Source: Candidatus Thorarchaeota archaeon
Lineage (GTDB): Archaea > Asgardarchaeota > Thorarchaeia > Thorarchaeales > Thorarchaeaceae
Assembly: GCA_004524445.1 (NCBI GenBank)
Contig: SDNP01000039.1
Span: forward strand, 1-21,941
Length of the DNA stretch: 21,941 nucleotides
Reading direction: 5' to 3'
Part shown: piece by piece, positions 7,143 through 14,794 of the stretch
Numbering within the stretch: position 1 is the stretch's first letter
Layout: the number at the start of each line of letters is the position of its first letter
Notes under the pieces: model-generated
The model's input: only the letters and a program-made list of their open reading frames with translations
What the model was told of the DNA's origin: nothing
Databases searched by the model: none
Made by a program: the position numbers and the translations under genes

Positions 7143-8576
7143 ATGACCGGATCGAACAACATTGGTGGATATGATTACAATCTGAAGGAACTCAGATGGG
7201 TCCCTAAGTTCATTGAAGAGGTGAAAGACTACTTCTTTGTAAGACCAGAAGACAAGCTTCTCATTTTACGGCCAAATAAAGTAATGCACCTCAACGAGAC
7301 AGCTCTAACGATGCTGAAGTTGCTGTTGGAAGGAAATGAACCAGTCAATGTTGTAGACCATTTTACTGAGAAGTATAATATTACTCAACAGCAGGTTCTG
7401 AATGATCTTGCTGACTTCGTTGATGACCTCATGAATATGACAAATGGAAATCAGAACGTCTACTCGTATAACACAGCCAAGATTGTTCCGTTCGGAGAGG
7501 GCGATATTGATTATCCGGTATTAAGTGAGATTGCGCTGACATATCGATGCAACAACAAATGTGAATTCTGCTACGCCTATTCGCCTTATAGAGAGAGCGA
7601 CGAGATGACTACCGATGAGGTGAAGAAAGTCATCGATATTATAGCCGATGATGCAAAGGCACCCAGTCTATCATTCACAGGGGGTGAACCGACGCTCCGT
7701 GATGACCTCTTTGAGCTGATCACCTACGGGAGAAAGAAAGGTCTTCGGATGAATCTCATTACGAATGGTAGAAGATGTGCAGACCCAGAATTCGTGGCTT
7801 CACTTGTGGACGCAGACTTGAACAGCGCACAGGTTTCTATCGAGGGCCCCGATGCTAAAACACATGATTCTATTGTCGGAGTTCTAGGCGCATTCGAGCA
7901 GACGGTTCAAGGGATCAAGAATCTTCGAAAAACCGATATTTACACCCACTGCAATACCACCATTTGCAAGCTTAACGTCGATCGACTAGAAGATCTTGTC
8001 GACTTTCATGCTGATGAACTCGAACTGACATACTTTAGTATGAACATGGTGATCTATACAGGGACTGCAGCGAAGAAAAGAGAGCAACTTCAAATAACAT
8101 TCTCAGAGATTGGTGATATTGTCCGTAAAGTGAAGAAGAGAGCAAATAAAAAGGGAGTTCAGTTTGTGTGGTACGCTCCGACACCAGTCTGTCTTTTCAA
8201 TCCTATTGCTCATGGGCTTGGCGCAAAACACTGTGCTGCATGTGACGGATTGATATCCGTTGATGCTGAGGGCGGTCTTTTACCCTGCTCAAGTTTCAGC
8301 GAACCAGTCGGCAATCTTCTTGAAGAGGGATTCGAAAAGGTCTGGAATAGCCGCTCAGCCAAATTCTGGAGAAACAAAGAATACGCACCCGAAGGGTGCA
8401 AAGAATGTGAATATTTCAAGTATTGTTACGGTGCCTGCCCACTCTATTTCGATGTAATGGGCTTTGAAGAAATCAAAGAGTTCTGGCCAGACAAAAACAA
8501 GGTCCTTTCTAAAATCGATAACATAAGGCTCACGCTTCGCCGTGCAATTAAAGGTGACCAGCACGGAATCACCTGA
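7143..8576 (+). CDS. PqqD/RRE-fused radical SAM/SPASM-domain protein (peptide/protein maturase type)
   Basis: N-terminal PqqD-like HLNETALTMLKLLLEG...VVDHFTEKYNITQQQVLNDLADFVDDL; radical SAM motif CNNKCEFC; FTGGEP; SPASM CAAC...LLPC...VGNL...CKECEYFKYCYGACP. Confidence 0.92.
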   Translation: MTGSNNIGGYDYNLKELRWVPKFIEEVKDYFFVRPEDKLLILRPNKVMHLNETALTMLKLLLEGNEPVNVVDHFTEKYNITQQQVLNDLADFVDDLMNMTNGNQNVYSYNTAKIVPFGEGDIDYPVLSEIALTYRCNNKCEFCYAYSPYRESDEMTTDEVKKVIDIIADDAKAPSLSFTGGEPTLRDDLFELITYGRKKGLRMNLITNGRRCADPEFVASLVDADLNSAQVSIEGPDAKTHDSIVGVLGAFEQTVQGIKNLRKTDIYTHCNTTICKLNVDRLEDLVDFHADELELTYFSMNMVIYTGTAAKKREQLQITFSEIGDIVRKVKKRANKKGVQFVWYAPTPVCLFNPIAHGLGAKHCAACDGLISVDAEGGLLPCSSFSEPVGNLLEEGFEKVWNSRSAKFWRNKEYAPEGCKECEYFKYCYGACPLYFDVMGFEEIKEFWPDKNKVLSKIDNIRLTLRRAIKGDQHGIT

Positions 8577-8627
8577 TTTCTGACGAAGACACAGGTTTCT
8601 AATAGTAGAACTGACTTCTTCATTGGT

Positions 8628-9779
8628 ATGAATCTTGAAGATGTTTTTACGCCAGCTCTACTTGTGGACTACCAGCGCCTGGAAGATAATATCAGGAAAA
8701 TGGCGAAGAAAGCTGAGAAGAACTCAGTATCACTTCGCCCACATATCAAGACACACAAATGCATCGAAATAGGTGAGATGCAGCTAAGAGCAGGAGCTCA
8801 GGGGATCACCGTCTCTACAGTTGAGGAAGCTCGAGTTTTTGCGGAACATGGTTTTCAAGATATCACGCTTGCAGCTCCACTCTGTCACGATAAGATAAAT
8901 GCGATTCTTGCCTTGTCGGAAGACACCACTCTTCGGGTCTTAATTGATCATCCAAAGACGCTTGAGATTCTAGAAAAGAGTTGTAGGAATGCAGAAACAG
9001 AAATCCAGGTGCTTCTGAAGGTTGACTGCGGGTACCACCGGGCAGGAGTAGACCCGAAGAGCGAAGAAGCAATACGGTTAGCCAGAAGTATTGCAAATGC
9101 GAAGCACCTGCATTTCAATGGAATTCTTACTCATGCAGGTCATGCATATGGCACAGAAACGGTTTCGCAAATCGAAGAAATCGCCCAGCAAGAACAGAAG
9201 GTCATGGTTGATTTCGCATCGAAGCTGGAGCGATACAGCAAAGACTTATGCTGCGAAGTGGTCAGTATCGGTTCCACCCCCACTTGCACAGTCAGCCCTG
9301 AATTTATTGAGGGCATAACAGAAATTCGCCCTGGAAATTACGTTTTCTATGATTACACACAAGTAGCCTTGGGAGTGTGCGAAATCAATCAGGTGAGCCT
9401 CAGCATCCTGAGTAGCGTTACAAGTGTCTATGATGACCATCTGGTTCTTGACACAGGGGCAACAGCATTATCAAAAGACCTAGGCGCCTCGCATCTTACA
9501 GAGCGTGTTTCATTCGGTGAGGTATTCGGTGATTACAGCAAGGGAACGTTGAATACAGATTTGAGAATTGCTTCGCTCTCTCAAGAACATGGCAAGGTAA
9601 CCGGTAAGCCTGCCATAGTTTCCAATTTTGAACCAGGTGATAGAATGCGAATACTTCCAAATCACTCCTGTCTCACTGCAAATTTGGGAAATAGATTATC
9701 TGTGGTTGAAGATGATACAGTCAAGGATATTTGGAAGATATGGAGAGGCAGATTAGAGCCCAAGCCGATTAGTGATTAG
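8628..9779 (+). CDS. PLP-dependent fold-type III enzyme, D-serine dehydratase / D-threonine aldolase (DSD1-like) family
   Basis: TPALLVD, LRPHIKTHK (PLP lysine), GSTPT, EIRPGNYVFYD, SQEHG and PNHSC (metal ligands). Confidence 0.88.
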   Translation: MNLEDVFTPALLVDYQRLEDNIRKMAKKAEKNSVSLRPHIKTHKCIEIGEMQLRAGAQGITVSTVEEARVFAEHGFQDITLAAPLCHDKINAILALSEDTTLRVLIDHPKTLEILEKSCRNAETEIQVLLKVDCGYHRAGVDPKSEEAIRLARSIANAKHLHFNGILTHAGHAYGTETVSQIEEIAQQEQKVMVDFASKLERYSKDLCCEVVSIGSTPTCTVSPEFIEGITEIRPGNYVFYDYTQVALGVCEINQVSLSILSSVTSVYDDHLVLDTGATALSKDLGASHLTERVSFGEVFGDYSKGTLNTDLRIASLSQEHGKVTGKPAIVSNFEPGDRMRILPNHSCLTANLGNRLSVVEDDTVKDIWKIWRGRLEPKPISD

Positions 9780-10466
9780 ATGCCCACAATACGGACATTT
9801 TTCCTCTTCTCCAGGTAGAACGGGCTCTTCAAGCTTGCCGCCACAATTTGGACAGGAAGTTACTGCATTAGGGAGTTCTTCGACAGCCTCCTGAGTATAG
9901 ACTACTCCAGAGTTTTCATCAATGACTCCTCGGAATTTCCCTTCTCTTGAGAGGTCGCGAAGAGTTTCAATTATCTCCTCCTCGCGCGCGTCCGTTACCT
10001 CTTGCAGCTGTTTGAAGGTCATTCTCCGTTGGGCGAAAAGAAGATGCAGCAGACTATCCCGCAGCTCGACTGAACGCGGACTTACAATTTCATTCGTGGA
10101 GCGATTCAAATATACGACAGGAAGTCGTTTTCGGGCGAGGCGTTCAGCTGCATCTGAAACCACATCTTCAGTGGTCCCCAATTCGCGAGCAGCAGCGCTA
10201 ACACTCATTCTGCCTTCGTCTTGTATCAGGGGAATCAGATCGCCACTAATATCGCTTAATTTGGCCTGTCTAGAACCTCTCGAGATGAGCCATAACCCAA
10301 TAGCTAGTTCAGGGAGAGCCAAGATTGCCCAGGCAACTAGCCCTGAAGTCAGCAGGAGTCCGAAATCGTCACTAACTCCTATTGTGCTTGTGTACACGAC
10401 ATAGCTCATGGCAAGACTCACAAAAACCAACAGCGCACCAATCAGTTGTTGCAGGCGACCACTCAT
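9753..10466 (-). CDS. Membrane protein with 2 TM helices, tandem PCI-like winged helices and a C-terminal zinc ribbon
   Basis: Two hydrophobic helices; RMSVSAAARELG...VYLNRSTNEIV and RMTFKQLQEVT...LSREGKFRGVIDENSGVVY; CPNCG...CPYCG. Overlaps the convergent PLP enzyme gene by 27 nt. Confidence 0.75.
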   Translation of the reverse strand: MSGRLQQLIGALLVFVSLAMSYVVYTSTIGVSDDFGLLLTSGLVAWAILALPELAIGLWLISRGSRQAKLSDISGDLIPLIQDEGRMSVSAAARELGTTEDVVSDAAERLARKRLPVVYLNRSTNEIVSPRSVELRDSLLHLLFAQRRMTFKQLQEVTDAREEEIIETLRDLSREGKFRGVIDENSGVVYTQEAVEELPNAVTSCPNCGGKLEEPVLPGEEEKCPYCGHLITNRLGL

Positions 10467-10671
10467 CTACTGAAACCTCATTCATGATGAAATTAGTACC
10501 TGCAATTATAGGTTGCGCCTTTATTTTGAAGGAATCAGCATATCAGATTCTGAACGCCAAAAGAGTCTTATCAAAGGAAATGTAATACTAGGATATACAT
10601 GTGTGGGCTAGGACAGAATAACTTAATTAGTAAGGTTGTATCAAATCCAAATACAACCTAGAAGGGCGTAT

Positions 10672-11109
10672 ATGATAAAGGAAGTTGAGACGATGGTTAT
10701 AGACAGAGAGGGTGCAACCTCAGCAATTATTCTTCACTTCAAACCGGGTAAGGCCGTAGAGTTCCCTGCCGAATTTGTGGCAGACATTAAGGAAGAAGCG
10801 GCTCTGACAGTATTACACCACAAAGACAGAGTCATGAAAATCTTCCCCGTTGCCTCAGACGATATCTACCTTCTTAGGATAGAAATTAGCGACCTGTCGA
10901 GGAACTTTTTGAAACAACTGAACTTTGCATTTAACGATGCGAAACTCAGTGACATCATTTTCACGACCGGAGTTTGCTTGCGCGGCGAAAAGTGCTATTA
11001 TGAGTGCTATTTTGTGCCTGACCAGCTAGTTGTCACCTTGGAAGAGCTTGAGGATAGTCTCAAGAAGATCCCAGGCGTTACCAGAGTGGTCTTAAGAAAG
11101 GTAAAGTAG
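10672..11109 (+). CDS. Hypothetical protein, possible AbrB-like N-domain plus ACT-like C-domain
   Basis: The C-terminus LEELEDSLKKIPGVTRVVL is ACT-like. GKAVEFPAEF...MKIFPV is weakly AbrB-like. Start uncertain (10636, 10672 or 10693). Confidence 0.55.
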   Translation: MIKEVETMVIDREGATSAIILHFKPGKAVEFPAEFVADIKEEAALTVLHHKDRVMKIFPVASDDIYLLRIEISDLSRNFLKQLNFAFNDAKLSDIIFTTGVCLRGEKCYYECYFVPDQLVVTLEELEDSLKKIPGVTRVVLRKVK

Positions 11110-11337
11110 ACTGGCTGAATGCAGTTTCACATCAAATGGTGGAAGGAGCGGTTCATCCGTTTCTGGCCCATGTAATCATTTTGTATGTGCTACTTTGAGC
11201 TTGTCCATACTCATTTCGGACCCATATTTGCATTGAATAATGCATTTTTTGGCTTTAGAATTCATCATGAAAGCAAGCATCCAATGCAATCTTCGTTATG
11301 GGTGGTGACTGATAGGCTTGGCAGCATCACAATATTA

Positions 11338-11637
11338 CTAGCTGGAGCGATACAGATGCAATCTAAAGAGGCCATATAGGATTGTCACAGCAACTGCGCT
11401 TAGAATTATCAGCTGGATCATTAAAGTGTTGAATATGGTCCACTCGATGGGAACTTGATTGGGATTGTAGAATTGAGCCCACCCCTCGTGTGAAACGAGA
11501 AACCAAATAGCATGAATTGCCATGCCCCAACAGGTTATAAAACCAAGGTTGGCAATGGTTCTGCAGAATTGCCTAGATTTCTCTTTTTCATGTTCTTTCT
11601 TTCTCTCTTTCCAAATGTCATCCCTTTCTGTACTCAA
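11338..11637 (-). CDS. Small 2-TM membrane protein
   Basis: Charged N-terminus followed by two hydrophobic segments; GAGGG upstream of the TTG start. Confidence 0.6.
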   Translation of the reverse strand: MSTERDDIWKERKKEHEKEKSRQFCRTIANLGFITCWGMAIHAIWFLVSHEGWAQFYNPNQVPIEWTIFNTLMIQLIILSAVAVTILYGLFRLHLYRSS

Positions 11638-11756
11638 ATCCGTCCCTCAATAACTACCGCATCATGTGTGTATATTGGTTATGTGAAAATCATTCAAGGT
11701 GGGAGAATAGAGTAATCCTTGCAAATCTTTCATACCAGCGAGTGATTGGATGAAGT

Positions 11757-12041
11757 CTACCTCTGCAGCAGTATTGTGAGATTATCTTCAGTCACTGAGT
11801 CAGATCCATTATGCTTGACAAACTCTCGAACCTTTTCGTAATTAGGAACATAGAGGGGACGTCGCATGTCTTGAAGGTTTGGAATCTTTTTGCAGAGTTT
11901 ATACCTAAGCAACCGCTTCAGAGCATGGCTCACTGTTCTTGGAGGTATCTCAGCACTCTCCGTTATATCATTTGGAGACATCGGACCTGTGGATGCCAAA
12001 TGGCTCAGTACATCCACTGCGCTCTTAGTTAGTGCTTTCAC
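11757..12041 (-). CDS. Winged-HTH (MarR/TrmB-like) transcriptional regulator
   Basis: VLSHLASTGPMSPNDITESAEIPPRTVSHALKRL...PNLQDMRRPLY. The GTG start overlaps the RIO kinase stop (GTGA), with GGTGGTGA SD. Confidence 0.8.
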   Translation of the reverse strand: MKALTKSAVDVLSHLASTGPMSPNDITESAEIPPRTVSHALKRLLRYKLCKKIPNLQDMRRPLYVPNYEKVREFVKHNGSDSVTEDNLTILLQR

Positions 12042-12868
12042 AATAATTCACCACCTTGGGGTGCTAGTTCTTTGTAGTATTTCTGGTTCGCAGGTACATA
12101 CGAACTGAGGAAGACATCCAGAATCTCATCGATGTTTCTTCGGATTCCATACGATTTGAAATGAGCCAGAAGATTTCGTATATCCCTTCTGAGAAGTTTT
12201 TCTGCCTTCAGCATGTTACAGTGAACTCCTACATGGTAGCCTTGAGGCACATCTATTATCCATGGTTTGTCATCCCACCAGAGTATGTTGTATTCACTCA
12301 AGTCACCATGGACATAGTGAACATCTCGATACATTATCAAATAATCATCCAATATCTGATCGAGGACCAAATCAGGCTCTTCTAGGGTAACCTCTCTCAG
12401 CTGTGGGCCCGGAACTGTACCGTCGCCGATAAGCCTCATAGTGAGATAGTTACAGACTCTCCCTATTGGAGTGGGAACTCTCATTCCAGCTTGGAAACAC
12501 CTCATCAATAGGTCATATTCTGCAACTGCGAAGTTTTCCATCATATGAAGAGCTGAATATGTCCGTTTGCTGGATGCTTGCGTCCGAAATCCACTTGACT
12601 TAGAGAGGCTGTGCGAAGATTGCCATATCCGGTATGCTTTGAGGACAATCGGATGGTCTTTCCAGGCAGCTAGAAAAATGGATGCCTCCTTACCAGCGCT
12701 CATCTGGTATAATACATCCGTAGCAAGGCCCATTCCCATGGCATCTTGCTTCACAGTTTCAAACGTGATTTCCTCTAGTTCAGCACGACGTTTGCCGCCT
12801 TTTGCGCTCTTGACCTTTCGAGTTGCTGCACTGCTCTTCAAGGGATTGAATTTTTCTACGGGGTTCAA
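12038..12868 (-). CDS. RIO1-family atypical Ser/Thr kinase
   Basis: SAGKEASIF (P-loop), VLKAYR, VPTPI, VHGDLSEYNIL (catalytic loop), IIDVPQ and LRRDIRN. Confidence 0.9.
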   Translation of the reverse strand: MNPVEKFNPLKSSAATRKVKSAKGGKRRAELEEITFETVKQDAMGMGLATDVLYQMSAGKEASIFLAAWKDHPIVLKAYRIWQSSHSLSKSSGFRTQASSKRTYSALHMMENFAVAEYDLLMRCFQAGMRVPTPIGRVCNYLTMRLIGDGTVPGPQLREVTLEEPDLVLDQILDDYLIMYRDVHYVHGDLSEYNILWWDDKPWIIDVPQGYHVGVHCNMLKAEKLLRRDIRNLLAHFKSYGIRRNIDEILDVFLSSYVPANQKYYKELAPQGGELL

Positions 12869-12891
12869 AGCTGTTCTCTCTTTTGTTGAAT

Positions 12892-12991
12892 TTTTACACG
12901 CCTAATGTTCATTATCACAATACTCATCCAAAATCAGTTGTCAAGCACAGAAACCATTGCTTGATGCAATAGAGAATCCAGGCGTGTAAAA
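12892..12991. repeat. Nested inverted repeats upstream of the RIO kinase gene
   Basis: TTTTACACGCCT (12892-12903) pairs perfectly with AGGCGTGTAAAA (12980-12991). Inner TCAAGCA (12941-12947) pairs with TGCTTGA (12958-12964). Confidence 0.7.
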
Positions 12992-13029
12992 TGAAACCAG
13001 TCACAAAAAGCGGCGGAGTTTCCTAGCTC

Positions 13030-13098
13030 CTATGGCACATGTGCAGACACTATCTGATTTCGACCGACCTTCTTAGTTGATTTATTTACTATCATCAT
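13030..13098 (-). CDS. Putative 22-aa small ORF / leader peptide MMIVNKSTKKVGRNQIVSAHVP
   Basis: Perfect SD AAGGAGGTG (13114-13106) 7 nt before the ATG; TATA-like TTATAT at ~13164-13159. Too short to appear in the ORF track. Confidence 0.5.
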   Translation of the reverse strand: MMIVNKSTKKVGRNQIVSAHVP

Positions 13099-13191
13099 TT
13101 GTCTGCACCTCCTTGTATAATCTACAAAGCCATTAGAAATCCGTTCCTAAGAGACAGAATATAAGGAAATCGGTCAGCGCCAAAAGACTTG

Positions 13192-14619
13192 CTATGTGGC
13201 ATCAATGACCGCTTCATCATCAGCTTCCACAATCTTGGTAGGATGAGTTTCATCGACAAAGAACCATACGAGTAGTGCGCTGATTATGCCCAATACGGCG
13301 GCAATCCAAAATGGAATCACCACGCCCCCAATGGATAATGGACCCAGTTGAAGAGTAGTAAGTGAAAAGAATGCGAAGAGACCACCACCAACTAGCGGCC
13401 CAAGCGTTGCGCCCGCATTGAAGAAGGCTTGAATCGTTCCAAATAGTTTCCCGCGAAGATGCCAAGGAACTATATCAGCTTGAAGCGCTCTCATGGCGGG
13501 TTGAGATACAGCCATCCCAGCGCTTTGAGCGACCCAAACTCCCGAAGTTTGTGGAATTGTGGAAGTCAGAGGGAGTACACCCAGGCTCAGCCTAGCTCCA
13601 ATCGCGCCGCTGACAGCCAGTCCCTTTCGTCCATGTCGGTCTGCATACCTGCCTGAAGGTATTGAGAAGAACATTCCGATGGCTCCAGCCCCGGAAATAA
13701 TCAAGCCTAACAGACCTATGTCAGTAGTGATTCTGCTCATCAAATATAACTGAAAAAGAGGCTGTCCTAATCCCATTGCGATTCCATCGGTCGCAGCCAT
13801 AATGTATAACACATTCACGAGGCGTCTAGTCTTCGGATTCATCTCGTCTTCTGTTTCTTCTATGGGCTCAGCAGGAATTTGAACCAACGCGGGACCATTA
13901 TCAATTACAACTTCGACTCCTGATTCGTCATTTTTTGCGGGTGCAGTTTCATCCAGTATGATAAAAGTAAGAAAAACCGAGGGCAATACAATGGCAGCAG
14001 CAATGTAATATGGTACTCGGAAAACGTGGGGCACTGGTAGGAGCAATACATCTCTACTGAAGTTGTAGAGGAATCCTCCCAAACCGGGGCCTATAATATA
14101 TCCGGTACTGGAAACCATCATGTATAGACCAAGACCTTCTCCACGTGCCTTGCTGCCAACAATGTCCATCAAAGCAGCTTGTGCAACTGGCCAAACCATG
14201 GCTGATACTACACCTTGACCCGCACGAATCAAGAGAAGATGAATCCAGTTCTGGGCTGCACCAAAGGCAAACAGAAGGAGGACATAACCAACTAATCCAG
14301 TTAGAAGGAGTGGCTTTCTTCCGTACTCATCTGAGATGCCGCCCCAGAATCTGGCAAGCAGTGTTCGAGTTGCCATGAAAGCGGCCATCATGACTCCGAA
14401 AATCACCGAATATTGCGCTACAACTTCATTTGGAACGGTGTAGCCGGGTCCGGGAGGCTGTGTTAATCCACCTTCTAACGCGATCAAATAGAAGGATAGA
14501 GAAGGCCCCACCAGACCAAATCCAAGCATAACTAGCATTGCATTGAGAGCAAGGACCATTACCTTGGGATTTCTGTACAATTTTGCTTTTTTAGGCGCAG
14601 CAGACTCAGAGGGCATCAC
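13192..14619 (-). CDS. MFS transporter (DHA1/TetA-like)
   Basis: About 12 TM helices; motif A twice (GGISDEYGRK, GRYADRHGRK); LIRAGQG; motif C-like GYIIGPGLGG. Confidence 0.9.
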   Translation of the reverse strand: MMPSESAAPKKAKLYRNPKVMVLALNAMLVMLGFGLVGPSLSFYLIALEGGLTQPPGPGYTVPNEVVAQYSVIFGVMMAAFMATRTLLARFWGGISDEYGRKPLLLTGLVGYVLLLFAFGAAQNWIHLLLIRAGQGVVSAMVWPVAQAALMDIVGSKARGEGLGLYMMVSSTGYIIGPGLGGFLYNFSRDVLLLPVPHVFRVPYYIAAAIVLPSVFLTFIILDETAPAKNDESGVEVVIDNGPALVQIPAEPIEETEDEMNPKTRRLVNVLYIMAATDGIAMGLGQPLFQLYLMSRITTDIGLLGLIISGAGAIGMFFSIPSGRYADRHGRKGLAVSGAIGARLSLGVLPLTSTIPQTSGVWVAQSAGMAVSQPAMRALQADIVPWHLRGKLFGTIQAFFNAGATLGPLVGGGLFAFFSLTTLQLGPLSIGGVVIPFWIAAVLGIISALLVWFFVDETHPTKIVEADDEAVIDAT

Positions 14620-14794
14620 GTGTTCTCGGTACCGAGAAACGATATCTGTCTAATATACATCCTTGTTTTGACATACATAGGCAAGCATTTATCACTCCAG
14701 AATTTTGTTTTTTCCCGTTTTGTTAGCAAAAGATGCGACACTTCAATATGAATGCGAATAGCCAAAGACAGAGGAACTACAATTGCCCAATCCC

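Noticed and set aside
6733-7146. 137-aa plus-strand ORF ending at the radical SAM start
   Set aside because: It is mostly antisense to the 131-aa gene and runs through the promoter region; the composition is shadow-like.
7143-8576. PqqE, MftC or heme biosynthesis Ahb/NirJ assignment
   Set aside because: No pqq, mft or heme pathway genes are in the window, so only the family-level architecture is supported.
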